A DNA stretch of 64,000 bases. Source: Octopus vulgaris. Lineage: Eukaryota. Below, in pieces: positions 1-14,503 of the stretch. Position 1 is the stretch's first letter. Every line of letters begins with the position of its first letter. Both the position numbers and the translations under genes were made by a program. Below the pieces are notes generated by a model. That model worked only from the letters and a program-made list of their open reading frames with translations, did no database searches and was not told the DNA's origin. The stretch covers positions 5,580,001 through 5,644,000 of the forward strand of contig OX597821.1 in assembly GCA_951406725.2 (NCBI GenBank), given 5' to 3'.

Positions 1-211
1 AATGAAATTTCGGGCGCTTAAATGTCATGAAATCTGGGTAACCGACTTTATGAGTCCCAGTATTTGATAAAAAAAGAATGAAGACAAAATACAAACGTTT
101 GTTTGCAAAAGAGAAATGTGTGTAACTATTTCAAATGCGTAAAATTACAAAAACATGACATAAACATACATTATATGGAATCAAATAGACTGGGATTAAA
201 ATACCTATTAC

Positions 212-386
212 AAATTTTGGCACAAGGCCAGTAATTTCTGGGAGAAGGAAAGTCGATTAAGTCGACCACAGTGTTCGACTGGTACTTATTTTATTGATCC
301 CGGAGTGATGAAAGATAAAGTCAACCTCGGCGGAATTTGAACTCAGAACGTAAAGACTGGCTAAATGCCGATAAGCTTTTTCGCCT
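212..386 (-). mobile_element. SINE family B (tRNA-like head plus Nin/Deu-like central domain), degenerate copy
   Basis: Reverse complement has CGTTCTGAGTTCAAATTCCGCCGAGGTTGACTTTATCTTTCATC, matching about 12 other copies in the window. The family motif GCCTTTCATCCTTTCGGGGTCGATAAATTAAGTACC resembles the Nin/Deu SINE domain from memory; not database-checked. Confidence 0.8.
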
Positions 387-612
387 TAACTGAGATCAAA
401 ATATTTAAGGCAATTACAAGTGGACTATAACTTGTACTCAACACAGCCATTTCTTGTGTCAGAATTAAATCCTGCAAAATCGTGGGACACAGAACGAGTA
501 ACAACCATATACATGTCATCATCAGTGAGAAAGTAACGAATTCATGGAGCAGAGCAATAACATCGTGAAAGAAGTCATTATTAGAACTAAATAAGATAAA
601 ACGGTTGTTAAA

Positions 613-1082
613 TGGTAACGCATGGCTCACTGGTTAGAACGATGGGCTCACAATCATGGGGGAGTGAGTTCGATTCTCGGATTCGACTGTGTGTTGTGTT
701 CACTCAGCTGTAGAAATGAGTTGCGACTTCACTGGTGCCAAGCTGTATCGGGCTTTGCCTTTCACTTGGATCACATTGGTGGCGTGGAGAGAGGTGGATG
801 GTATGTATAGGCACTGCTGGTCTTCCATAAATAATCTTGCCTGGGCATGTACCTCAGAGGACAACTTTCTAGGTGCAATCCCATGTTCATTTACGACCGA
901 AGTGGGTTCTTTATCCTTTACCCTATGTACATATAATGGCGTGGAGAGGGGGGCTGGTATGCACGAGTGATTACTGATCTTCCATAAACAACCGTGCCCG
1001 GACTTGTACCTCGAACGGGAACTTTCTAGGTGCAAACCCATGGCGATTGATGACTGAAGGGGTCTTTAACCTTAACCCTATG
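613..1082 (+). mobile_element. tRNA-derived SINE family C with internally duplicated 3' portion
   Basis: A-box-like TGGCTCACTGG and B-box-like GTTCGATTC, then CACTCAGCTGTAGAAATGAG. The segment TGGCGTGGAGAG...CTAGGTGCAA..CCATG occurs twice (~780-925 and ~937-1082). Homologous to 55973-56250. Confidence 0.75.
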
Positions 1083-1301
1083 CCTGGCATATTCTACCTC
1101 AGGTCCCTCTCGAGCGCTACTGTTGAAATGTAACCCAGCACAACCAGTCGCATGGTCGAGTTATCAGTGACTAGACTGGTCACTCCATGGAGCTTTCTTG
1201 GAGAGGAGAGTGATTTACTGGAAATCCTGAGGGAAGAAAAAAGCAAGACCCGTCAAAGAGCGAAGGAAGTCAAGAAAGTCAACAGTCATCCAATAATACG
1301 T

Positions 1302-1446
1302 GAAGATGCGTGGCCTAGTGGTTAGCGCTATTGCATTCACGATCGTGAGATCGCGGTTTCGATTCACAGAACAGCTGGGCGTTATGTTTTCAGCAAAACA
1401 CTTCATTTCACGTTGGTCCAGACCACTCAGCTGTAGATGGGTAACT
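1302..1446 (+). mobile_element. tRNA-derived SINE family C, 5' part
   Basis: TGGCCTAGTGG A box, GGTTTCGATTC B box, followed by CACTTCATTTCACGTTG..CCAG..CACTCAGCTGTA as in other family C copies. Confidence 0.7.
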
Positions 1447-1792
1447 CTGGCGGATTACCGTTCTAAGGTGAGGCGGTGACTCGGGAAAATCACCCGAACG
1501 GAGCCTTTGCGAGTCACGCTTTGTATTGAAACGATCGAAAGAATGAATAGTACAAGGCGCACTGTGAATCCCAACTGGTTGGGATTGGTTTTTCGACCAC
1601 ATCGAAGATCAAAGAATGTCTTTGAGGTACGTAATTGCTTTACTTTCACCATAAAGTCTCAGGTAAAGTCACTAGCGGCGCCACACGAGTACAACTCTGC
1701 AATACATTATATATTCATACGTAGGCACACGTACTCACATATGCGTACACACATATATAAACTTCCTTTCTTTCTCTGTGTGAATATATAAA

Positions 1793-1854
<62 letters not shown>

Positions 1855-2379
1855 AATACATATATATGTATGTCTGTGTATGTATATTATCTCTCTTTCT
1901 CTGTGTGTGTATATATTGTATATATATATATATCTGTATATAGGCCATACATTAGATCGAAAGATTCCCAGCATAGAAGACATTTAATAGTGCTCAAAGA
2001 TTCAATCTTAAACTCCGATGTCTTTACAGAGGATCAATTCCACAAGGTAAAGAATGGTTGTAAGGAGAGGATCAGTATACACACACACACGTGCGCACAT
2101 GCGTGCACAACCATGCACACACATATATATAAATATATATATACATACATATATATAGTTAAGCTTGTATATTAGATTAAACCATGTCAGCTTTAATTTG
2201 CGAATACAAATGTGTGTGTATGTGTGTGTGAGTGTGTATGTGTGTGTGGATGTGTATGTGAGTTAGTAAGTGCGTGTGTGTGTGAGAGAGAGTGTGTATG
2301 TGTATGCGTATGTGTGAGTGCTCTTTTCACGTGGTAATGAACGTCGGTGTTCACTTAACGTACCCTTCGTCAATCCTGT

Positions 2380-3075
2380 CTCCCATTCTCTCTGTCTTTT
2401 TTTTTCTCTCTCTCTCTCTGCGCCTCTCTCTGCCTTTCTCTGTCTTTCTTTCTCTCTCTCTCTTTCTCGCTTTCTTCCACTCTCTCCTTCTCTTACTATC
2501 TCCTATATCTTCTTACACTCTCCTATCATTCCCCCTTCTCAAATACCCTTGCAAACTGTCCATAAATCTTTACTCAAAATTAATTTTCCTTTCCCATTCA
2601 TCCCCCCATCTACCGCTCTTTCCTTCTTGTTCTCTCCTTCTATTCCAATCTCTCTCCCTCCTTTTCTTTCTCTGACTATCTTTCCTCCTCTTACTCTCCT
2701 CTCATCCACCTCTCACAAATACTTTTGGAAGCTCTCTCAATCTCATAAATCTATACAAATCTTGCTCATTCTTCCCTCTCTCTCTTTCCTCTATTTTTCT
2801 TCCTCTCTTTACCTATCTCTCCTCTTTCACTCTCCCCTTCTCTTTCTTCCTCTCCCTCTCCCTCTCTAACTCTTCCTATCTTTTTTTCCCTCTCTCTCTC
2901 TCTTTCTCTTCTCTCTTAGTCTTTCCGACTCTCTCATCCTTTTTCAAACTTCTGTCACTTTTGCGAACGCTCTCCATCTAAATCTTCACTGAATATTGCT
3001 CAACCTCCCTTAACTCCACCCCCCACCTTTGTCTTACACACTTTGTGTCTCCCTCTCCCTCTCATTCACCACTCC

Positions 3076-3109
<34 letters not shown>

Positions 3110-3130
3110 TCTTCTCTGTTCATCATCTCT
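2380..3130. repeat. polypyrimidine / (CT)n low-complexity tract
   Basis: Predominantly C/T with several (CT)n runs. Confidence 0.9.
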
Positions 3131-4446
3131 TTACCCCTGCCTCATACAGTCTTGTGATATCTTCTCCTCCTTGTTCAGATTTTCGACAATTTTTTTCTCC
3201 TCCTTGTATATCCACTTCTATTCTCATTATCAGATTTCGTTTGAAGTTTCCAACTTCATATTCTTCGTATTTTTTATCATTTATTACAGCTTATGTATAT
3301 ACGTACATATATATATATGCATGCACACACACACACACACACGCGCATACACACACACACATATACAAATATATTCCTTAATACACATATATATGTACAC
3401 GCACATATACTCAGATACGCATCTATATTTATGTATATAATTATGCTGATATGTATATATATAGATATCATGTATATACATATGTATATATGTCATATAT
3501 ATATATATATATAATACACATGTATTCAATGTGCGCGTGCATATGGTGTGTGTGCTTAGTGTGGTAAATTTATATATACATTTATACATGTAAATGTATA
3601 TGCGTATCTGTATATATATATATATATAAATATACATATGTGTGTGTATATACTCATATTCACATATGTAAATTTATATAAGTATATGCAAATGAATAAA
3701 TACGCATGTGACTACATATATGGTGATATTTATACGTGCATGCTAATACGTCTGTCTGTTTGTCTCTCTTAATATATATATATATATATGAATGTATGTA
3801 TGTATGTATGTATGCATTCATGCATGTATGTATATACTTATACATGTTCATACATATGTATGTATGGACAAACATATTTTTTCTATGGATTTATGGTGGA
3901 TGTGTGTTCGTCTGCGAACAATTATATGCATAAATAATATATGTGCACCTATATTTCCATATAGATATTCTGTCTGTGTTTGTGCACGTGTGTGTATGTC
4001 TTTTCTCGCACATGCTCATCTCCATCGTGGTGTGACGAAGTGCGGTTGCATGGGTGTGAGTGTATTTGTAACTACAAGAAGCTCACTCCTACACGTGCGC
4101 CTTTGAATTAGTAAATTAGCTCCAAAACTAGGCATTCGTGTCACTGCTAACACTAAAGCAGAATGCATAATATAACATTATAGAACATCGGTGATATACA
4201 TATGACAAGGAGTACTGTTGCACAGTTATTTATTATTGATACGCCCTGTAGGTTCACGTAGAAATTGGTTTGTGAATACAGTCAGAAGTTAACCTAAAGA
4301 CATACATTCAACAATCCTGTAGTGTGTCCATAGAGGGTGTTACGGTTTTACGTAAGAGAATCAATATGAATAACTTTTAACTTAGGCAAGATGTAGGCGT
4401 ATGCGTATATATTCATAAATATGCGCACATAGATATATACATATGT

Positions 4447-4502
<56 letters not shown>

Positions 4503-4552
4503 CTTTCTATCCATCTCTCTCCTACCTACTCTCCTCTCTCTTTCTCTGTCTG

Positions 4553-4601
<49 letters not shown>

Positions 4602-4649
4602 TAATGTAAAAGTTGGGAAATGTACTGTAATATTTTTTGCATACTACAA

Positions 4650-4728
<79 letters not shown>

Positions 4729-5531
4729 TAGAGAGAGACAGAGATTGACAGACAGATAAATAAAGTACATATATATTCATGCATGTATGTATTTAAACAT
4801 ATATAAATGTGTATATATGTATATATGCATAAATATATGAATATATACACATATATATATATACACACACACATATATATATATATGTATGTATGTATAT
4901 ATGTATGTATGTATATATGCATACATATACATATATTCATATATGTCAGTGTCACTCAAGCAACAAATATATTTACACTTTTTAACTCTTCGTTCAGAGC
5001 AGTTACGTGGTGAGTGTAGGTGATGAATAAATAAACTACACACCAAACAAGAAAAAAAAAGCCATACATTAGCTAATGTAATAAGGTGCACACGAATATG
5101 CAACTGGCGACGTGAGAAGCTTAGAAATTCGCTTTACAGTTTAAATATTATCACAATCCAAAATGGCTGCTTCACCCTCTGCTGTGTAACTATGGCTTGC
5201 CAAACAGAACAGATATTAGATTTCTAAACAGAAAAAGTAAAGATTAAATTCTTACCGATAATTGTTTCCTTCAACGGAGATCATCAAATTATCCATAATA
5301 TAGTAATTCCATAAAGTCTGAAATTCCACCAACGAACGGTGCAACAAATAGGTCTCGATGACGTCATAAAACGATGTTTTGGTAAATTTGCTTCTATTAC
5401 GTTACTTTTCAGGTGAGATCAGTGGAACTGTTCGTTTTAGTTAATTATATAACCAACTGGTTAATCACAACACACACACTCATATACACGTGCACATAAA
5501 CGCACACACACACACACATATGTATGTATAC

Positions 5532-5575
<44 letters not shown>

Positions 5576-5642
5576 GTATCAACGTACGTATGCATATGTG
5601 TATATGTGTTATGTTTCTGTCTACCTATAAAGGTGTGCCTTA

Positions 5643-5694
<52 letters not shown>

Positions 5695-5931
5695 GTGTAG
5701 GTGTATATATATATACATATGTGCACGTAGATATATGTGTGCACATATCTATGTATGTGTGTATGAATGTATTTATGCATGTATATGTATATACATATAT
5801 ATATATGTATTCATGTATGTGTGTGTGTGTGCATGACAACACAAAGTTTACTTGTTACAGCAGGAAAAGACACTCAAGGACCTGAATAGTAGGTTCAAAG
5901 ATAGCAGAATATTATAAGTGTAGATATTACT

Positions 5932-6327
5932 TTCTAAAATAGTCACAAGGCCCGAACTTTTTGTGGAGGGGGCCAATCGATTAGATCGACCGCAGTACGC
6001 ATCTGGTACTTAATTTATCGGTCCCGAAAGGATGAAAGGGAAAGTCGACCTCGGCGCAAATTGAACTCAGAACGTAAAGACAGACGAAATACTTATTTCT
6101 TTACTACCTACAAGGGGATAAACACATAGAGGACAAAACAAGGACAGACATAGGTATTAAGTCGATTACATCGACCCCAGTGTTTCATTGGTACTTAATT
6201 TATCGACCCCGAAACGATGAAAGGCAAAGTCGACCTCGGCGGAATTTGAACTCACAACGTAACGGCAGACGAAATACCGATAAGCGTTTCGCCCGCCGTG
6301 CTAACGTTTCTGCCAGTTCGCCGCTTT
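5932..6327 (-). mobile_element. Dimeric family B SINE (head-body-tail1-body-tail2)
   Basis: Two tandem copies of the GAGTTCAA...GGTCGACTTT.CCTTTCATC body joined by TAAAGAAATA|AGTATTTCGTCTG. Same architecture as 23886-24297. Confidence 0.85.
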
Positions 6328-6798
6328 GAATAAATGTAATATTGTAAGTGAAGAGTATAAAAGAAGAGCAGGATCGCGTTTCACTTTGAATATGAGAGCG
6401 TTTGTGTGTGTGGATGTCAGTGTGTTGCGTAGGCATGCATGTACGTTTTTTTTCTTCTTTGAAGTTTAGGGCAGTTGAAGTCGGTCGCTAAAGAAAAAAG
6501 ACATTTGAATTACGACAGTTTGCGGTACTTGCCAGTATGTGGCTACCTTCATTCAACCATCGAAGTTCACACCCAAGTGGGTGCATCTAATCATATAAAG
6601 AATCTCAAATGAAGATCCTTTAGAATTACTTACAGATATCTAAAACGGCCCTTAATAGATTGGAATTACTTACAGATATTCATTATGGCCCCTAATAGAC
6701 GCCCATTAGTTTCTTTTTCTTGCTTTTCATTCTTTCTTTAAAAAACATCCGCTACTTCTAAGATTTTATATAAATCTGCATATATGTATGTATGCATG

Positions 6799-6873
<75 letters not shown>

Positions 6874-6890
6874 ATATGTATGTGTATATG

Positions 6891-6922
<32 letters not shown>

Positions 6923-7321
6923 TGTTTGTATGTATGTATGTATGTATGTATGTATGTATGTATGTATGTATGTATGAGTGTATGCTTGCATGTTGGTATG
7001 TAATAATTTTATTTTGATCCGAAAATTTCCAACAAACATAAGATTGTTGGATACAAATATCCAAAATTTTAGTGAGACATTTTAGCGTAAATATGTATGT
7101 AGTGTAAATATGTATGTAAATGTGTGTGCGCGTGTGTGCTTTTGTGTGTGTGTGTGAGTGTGAAATTGTAGGTTCGAGTGCGTTCACGTACAGGTATATA
7201 AATGCACGTACATATAAGTCATATATCACCGCCCATATGAATACATGTGTGTATAGTAATACGCATACAAATAAACATACATATATGTATAAATACACAT
7301 ATATATCATATATATATATAT

Positions 7322-7822
<501 letters not shown>

Positions 7823-7974
7823 TCGATATATATATATATATATCAATCATGTGTGAATATATAAAGATTTAAGCAGACAAATACATAAGCATATATGTTT
7901 ATATATATACATACATATGCATATATATATATATATACATATATACATAGATGTTTGTGTATATGTGTGTGTGC

Positions 7975-8054
<80 letters not shown>

Positions 8055-8389
8055 GCGCGAACGTTCGCACATAAGTATGCATGCATGATTTTCTTGTCAT
8101 CTGCACGTTGCTGTGGTTTCTGCTGGTTCAACACCATTGTGAGTGCGCAATGAACACACCTGTTCTTGTAGAAAAAAGGTGTGATACTGCTTATTATCCA
8201 CGTGTGAGAATTAATTTAGCAAGTCCTAAAATTAAATTTTCTTTTTAGAAACTATTCACTGATAGCTATTCCAGGTCAAATGGTTTTTAACGAGTAAATG
8301 TTTATCTGAACTTGCTACGCTAAATATATTACATGTTTCTATGCTGCTTTGTATATATGTCTGCATCTATGTATGAATGTGTGTGTGTG

Positions 8390-8447
<58 letters not shown>

Positions 8448-8477
8448 TGAGAGAGACAGTATATATATATATAACAT

Positions 8478-8617
8478 TATTCAGTTTTATTTCAAGATTT
8501 CTTGCCAATAGAGAGCGAACCGGTTTATAAGCTAGATCCGAGGCTCCTTCATCGGAATTTCAATACCATCGACGTGGTATTTGGGTATATGTGTATGTAT
8601 GTATGTATGTATGTATG

Positions 8618-8651
<34 letters not shown>

Positions 8652-9250
8652 TGTATGTATGAATGTATGTATGTATGTTTGTATGTTTGTATGTATGTAT
8701 GTATGTTTGTATGCATGCATGTATGTATGTATGTATGTATGCATGCATGCATGTATGTATGTATGTATGTATGTATGTATGTATGTATGTATGTATGTTG
8801 TATGCATGTATATGTGCAGATTTGTATGTTTTGTTTTATGCATTCCCATGCATATAGTTGCATATAGACTTCCGGAAAGTTTTACAGACTTTAACAGTTC
8901 CAGTGATGGCTTGGATCTGTAGTCTTCGAATCAGCTTTCTCCTTTCTAGTTTCGAGAAGCCTAATTTCTCAAAATTGGTACATAGTCAGTGTCTTATATA
9001 TCCCATTGCCCCAATAATTACAGGTATAAATCTGAACTCGTAATCTCAATAGAGTAACTGTAGATTCCTCAAAAAAGGCGTAGGAGTGGCTGTGTGGTAA
9101 GTAACTTGCTTACGAACCACATGGTTCCGGGTTCAGTCCCACAACCTGGCACCTTGGGCAAGTGTCATCTACTATAGCCTCAGGCCGACCAAAGCTTTGT
9201 GAATGGATTTGGTAGACGGAAACTGAAAGCAGCCCGTCGTATATATGTAC

Positions 9251-9298
<48 letters not shown>

Positions 9299-10100
9299 AT
9301 GCGTATACGTTTGTGTGTCTGTGCTGTCCTCCCAACATCGCTTGACAACCGATAGAATATGTACTAAGCTTACAAATAATAAGTCATGGGGTCGATTTCC
9401 TCGACTAAAAGCGGTGCTTCAGCATGGCCACAGTTAAATGAATGAAACAATTAAAATAGCAAAAGAGTAAAAGAGTTCAACGTAAGTGTTCTATGTTTCC
9501 ACTGATTTTCATCTGTATGTTAATATCTGTTAATAACAGCTGTATGTTAATATCTGTCGGGCAGATGTTTTCCAAAATTGCACACAGTTTCTCTTCTCTA
9601 TCCCATATCATTATATCAGGTCTATTGTGTTTACATAGTATTGAAGTTTTCACTGAGACATTCCACTCGTTCACATTTTAATTATGAGTGACTATAGCTT
9701 CTGCGATACTGTGGATTCTTATTCCTTTGTCCTCGGGGTTATCCTTCCGACGGAATTTTATTATAGATTGTGCTAGCTACAACATCATAGATAATACCCA
9801 TATGACATTTTCGGACAACTGCTCATGATGTGGGTGATATCTTCAGTCTTGACTCTACAAAGTCCACATCAGCTATCATCTTTTGCTGCGTTTCTGCGGT
9901 TTTGTCCTTTTTGTATATTAGGTATTTGGCTGATATTTCCTGTTCCTGGATTGTAAACTTCAAAGTGAGAGTTGATAATCCGCTTGTTGGTCCATGATAG
10001 ACTGTTTTGATGACCAATGTTACTGCCATCCCGGAGCTTTCTACTACGTAGCCATGCAGGGTCTTCTGCTGATATACGCTCATCAATTGTTAACAGAAGC
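8478..10100 (-). mobile_element. Dong/R4-clade non-LTR retrotransposon, decayed 3' portion (CCHC knuckle, RLE endonuclease, 3' UTR)
   Basis: Minus-strand translations: QQKTLHG; IQEQEISAKYL; CGLCRVKTEDITHIMSSC (zinc knuckle, ~9820-9870); HNRPDIMIWDREEKLCAI (RLE PD-x-D motif, ORF 9477-9674); LRNLQLLY*DYEFRFIPVIIGAMG...GTVKVCKTF (8871-9070). Stops and frameshifts present. Interrupted by a SINE at 9077-9476. Confidence 0.85.
9077..9476 (+). mobile_element. SINE family A inserted into the Dong/R4 RLE coding region
   Basis: Full head GGCGTAGGAGTGGCTGTGTGGTAAG through tail AAAAGAGTAAAAGAG. The LINE reading frame (..NTYVEL|LRNLQ..) resumes across it. Confidence 0.9.
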
Positions 10101-10104
10101 CTCT

Positions 10105-10509
10105 TTTTATTGGCTTCAGTCATTGGACTGCGGCCATGTTAGTGCACTACCTTGGAGGGTTTTAGTCGAATGTATCGTCCCCAGGGATTATTTTTTTCTT
10201 AAGCCTGGTAGTCATTCTATCGGTCTCTTCTTGCCGAACTACTAAGTTATAGCGACGTAAACTCACCAACACCGGTTGTCAAGCGGAGTTGAGGGACAAA
10301 CACAAGCATAAAGACAACACATAGGTGTATTACATGTATATATACGACGGGTTTCTTTTCAGTTTCCGTCAACGAAATCCACTCATGAAGCTTCGGTTGG
10401 TCCGAGGCTATAAGCAAAGAGACTTGCCCAAGGTACCACGTAATGGAACTGAACATGGAACCATGTGATTCAGAAGCAAGCTTCGTACCACACGGCTTCA
10501 CTTGTGCCT
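10105..10509 (-). mobile_element. SINE family A, older/diverged copy
   Basis: Reverse complement matches the family A head, body and tail. Confidence 0.8.
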
Positions 10510-11155
10510 ATCTAAGTTACCTAAGCTTTATTTCTTAGCTTAATATATTTTTTTATATAATTACACAAACTATTGCTGTCCAGAATTCTTCATAGCGTTT
10601 CTTTTAATTCCATTCTTTGGCAAATTGTTAAATGCATTTTCCAATCGATCAAAACAGCCTTTTGTTGACTACGTTGATAAGTTAAAATAAAGACGTAACA
10701 AGCTCGCAACTTCCAAACAAAATTTAGATTTTCTCCAACGTATTCAAATCAATTTTCTAAAATGAATTCTTAATTACTTGATTTATCTCCTTTTTCAGTG
10801 AAACACGCTTAATATTAATGCTAAGTTTATGTTGTCATTTTCTAGCTAGATATACAATTCCAGTCACTTGACAAAAACCTTTGTATAAGTTACTCAGTAG
10901 ATCTCTGTTATATATGTATTGTTCCCGTCATATGAAAGCTCGAGAGAACGTGAAATAATTATTGTTTAGAACAGGGTCTCGACGAACACATAAGACTATA
11001 AATAATAATATGTAATTATTAGGTTGAAAAATCTTTTTGGATAGAAAAAAACCGAAGGCCTCTTTCGTTTTTTTTCTGGCCAATATCTTATGCCTTTATT
11101 TATTGTGTAACGTGAGCTTCCGGATCCAGTTGCAAAATAGAATTATATATACATA

Positions 11156-11329
11156 GGCGCAGGAGTAGTTGTGTGGTAAGTAGCTTACTTACCAACCACA
11201 TGGTTCTGGGTTCAGTCCCACTACGAGGCACCTTGAGCAAGTGCCTTCTACTATAGCCTCCGGCCGACCAAAGCCTTGGGAGAGGACTTGGTAGACGGAA
11301 ACTGAAAGAAGCCCATCGTATGTATGTAA

Positions 11330-11376
<47 letters not shown>

Positions 11377-11537
11377 TGTATGTATGTATGTATGTATGTA
11401 TGTATGTATGTATGTATCTATGTATGTATGTATGTATGTATGTATGTATGTATATGCGTATGTGTGTGTATATGTTTGTGTGTCTGTGTTCGTCTGGCCG
11501 CAGTCATATAACTGAAACAAGTAAAAGAGTAAAGAGT
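11156..11537 (+). mobile_element. SINE family A with internal (TATG)n and a deletion in the 3' half
   Basis: Intact head; sequence jumps from GTGTCTGTGTT directly to TGGCCGCAGTC tail. Confidence 0.85.
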
Positions 11538-11787
11538 ATACATGTATGCATGGGTGTGCGTGTGTACGTGCGTGTGTATGTGTGTCTGTATGTGTATGTG
11601 TACTCACCAGATTCTCTTTTTATCTAATTTCTCCTAATTCATCCAGTCCACCTGTGCATTCTCCCCTTATTTTGGGACTCTTTATCAGTTATTACCATTG
11701 GTTTAAAAACGGGGGATATACCACTCCTCTGCTCTCCTTTTTTCTTTTTTTTATTCCTGCTATCTCAGTACTAAGGAAGCATACTAA

Positions 11788-12194
11788 GGCGCAGGAGTGG
11801 CTGTGTGGTAAGTAGTTTGTTTACCAACCACATGGTTCCGGGTTCAGTCCCACTGCGTGGCACCTTGGGCAGGTGTCTTCTACAATAGCCTCGGGCCGAC
11901 CAAAGCCTTGTGGGTAGATTTGGTAGACGGAAACTGAAAGAAGCCCGTCGTATATATGTATATATGCGTGTGTGAGTTTGTGTGTCTGTGTTTGTCACCC
12001 AAGCATTGCTTGACAACCGATGCTGGTGTGTTCATGTCCCCGTTACCTCGCGGTTCGGCAAAATAGACCGATAGAATAAGTACTGAGCTTACAAAAGAAT
12101 AAGTCCCGGGGTCGAGTTGCTCGATTAAAGGCGGTGCTCCAACATGGCCGCAGTCAAATGACTGAAACAAGTAAAAAAAAGAGTAAAAGAGAGT
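11788..12194 (+). mobile_element. SINE family A, near-consensus full-length copy
   Basis: Complete head, short internal microsatellite, body and tail. Confidence 0.92.
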
Positions 12195-12610
12195 ATAGTC
12201 CGAAACATCGGAATCTCCATATTTCGCAGCAAAATAATTTTACACTTTTCTTCGTCGTCTCAAAACAATCCATGACTTACCGAAGCAGGCCTCCACCAGT
12301 CTGCTCAAATCCTATTTAATATATGTGCGTGCTTGTGTATGTGGTGTTTGGTAGTGTATCTGTTTGGCTGTGTAAGTGTAGGGTGTGAAGTATTGTTTAT
12401 AAATCTTTCAGAGTTCTTTTAAATGTGTTAAAACAGCTGGAATAACAAGAACATCTCTGATACAGTAACGGTAACTGTGAAGAACTGGGAGATCAAAATA
12501 TAACTTCTGTAAAAACAGACTCGCGCGCGCACGCATACACACACGCACACACACACACACACACATCTGACTAACAGTAAACATAATGAGAAACAACCAT
12601 AGTGTTAGGA

Positions 12611-12646
<36 letters not shown>

Positions 12647-12903
12647 ATGGTGGTGGGGATGGTGGTGGTGATGATGATGGTGATGGTGATGATGACGACG
12701 ATGATGATGTTGGAAGAAAATGGTGGCGGTGGGGGTATAATGTTGGGGGGATAATGGTGGCGGTGGTAGTGGTGGTAGTGGTGGTGGTGGTGGTGGTGGT
12801 AGTGGTAGTCGTAGTAATGGGGGAATGATGGTGGTGGTGGTGTTGATGTGGTGGGGATAATGGTGGCGATGATGATCAGGAGGAGGATAATGATGATGAT
12901 GAT
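12611..12903. repeat. (GAT)n/(GGT)n trinucleotide low-complexity tract
   Basis: Direct inspection; source of the poly-His/Asp/Ile pseudo-ORFs. Confidence 0.9.
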
Positions 12904-13336
12904 TTCTTTGGTTTGTCTGAGAAATTTGCCCAAGAGCGTACAAATGAAAAGTTACAAACCTTCGTTTATCAGAAGCAAAAAAGTAGTCATCTTCTTCCCT
13001 GAAGAGGTGAGTGAGAAAATGTCAAATGTCATGGCCGATTTGTAACATGATATCCGCTCTGTCGATCGATAAAGCATGCAAAATGATGTGCTTCTTGCAT
13101 GAAACTGAGATGATGCGACAAAGAGAGCAGGGCTCTTGCGCTGTGCTTCTACAGACTGGATGCTAATGCAGTATATGGATAGGAGAACTAAAAATTTGGC
13201 GACGACCAGTTGGCAAGGTGAGTGGAACGTTATATACTTGCGGCACAGTAAGTATAGATCGTGAGAGCTGCGGTGACACGCGTGTATACGTATGTATGCG
13301 CGTATGCATGTGCGTATGCATGTGCGTATGCATGTA

Positions 13337-13337
<1 letters not shown>

Positions 13338-13367
<30 letters not shown>

Positions 13368-13690
13368 TGTATGTATGTATTTATGTATGTATGTATGTAT
13401 GTATGTATGTGTGTATGTACACACGTACGCATGTGCGTATATATGTATACGCGCACCTATGCATGTGCCCATGTATGTGTGTGCATACATGGGCACATGC
13501 ATAGGTGCGCGTATACATATATACGCACATGCGTACGTGTGTACATACACACATACATACATACACACATACATACATACATAAATACATACATAAATAC
13601 ATACATAAATACATACATACATACATACATACATACATACATACATTCATACATACATACATACATACATACATACATACATACATACGT
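13338..13690. repeat. Long fold-back palindrome, spacer at 13478-13483
   Basis: ...GCGCACCTATGCATGTGCCCATGTATG-tgtgtg-CATACATGGGCACATGCATAGGTGCGC...; arms continue into (TATG)n and (CATA)n. Confidence 0.9.
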
Positions 13691-14130
13691 ATATACATTT
13701 GACCGGAACTAACTAGATGTAGGTTGGGGAAAAAAAAACAACAAGTAATAGTAAACAAGTTCTGTGTTATAGAGATAAATGTCTGATAATAGGTTTAGGG
13801 TTTTGCTTTGGGGGTGAGGGTCGTAAATCACTTCCTAGTCTCGGCGGGGGGGAGGTTGAAATTTGATATTATTGTGATGAGTGGTCAGTCAACATCTATC
13901 CACCACTACAAGTTTATAGCTTTATGTTTATAGTGTGTATGTGCGTGCATATACACACACATACATATATACATACATACATACATGCATACACAGGCGT
14001 ATGTACGTACATACATACATACATACATACATACATACATACATACATACATACATACATGCATACATGAGTGTATGCATACATACACACATACATACGT
14101 ACATATATATGACGAACTAACTGTTACTTT

Positions 14131-14340
14131 CTCAGATGCAGCACGGATTTTTTGTCAGTAAACAGGTCGCGGATTTTAGCGACGAAAATATTTTGACAAA
14201 TTAAACTTAAATGTTGAAGTGAATCGAACGGCTTTAGTGTGTTTCTTAAATGGCTTCCAAACACCTTCCACGCTGCAATTGTTTTCGTTCCAGCACACGA
14301 TCTCAGATCAAATCACTTGCTATGCGAGTACATCTCCGTA
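14131..14340 (+). mobile_element. Short interspersed repeat with hammerhead motif (Penelope pseudo-LTR-like)
   Basis: Near-identical reverse-complement copy at ~20836-21020; ends at (TA)n. Confidence 0.7.
14152..14199 (+). ncRNA. Minimal type I hammerhead motif of the G3-C8 family, G5>A mutated
   Basis: TTGTCA-GTAAACA-G-GTCGC-ggatttta-GCGAC-GAA-AATATT-T-TGACAA. Confidence 0.55.
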
Positions 14341-14433
<93 letters not shown>

Positions 14434-14434
14434 T

Positions 14435-14503
<69 letters not shown>

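Noticed and set aside
12995-13025. CTGAAGA...GAAAATGTC hammerhead
   Set aside because: No stem II or stem I pairing.
12571-13045. His/Asp/Pro-rich ORFs
   Set aside because: Trinucleotide low-complexity tract open in several frames, with no recognisable domain.
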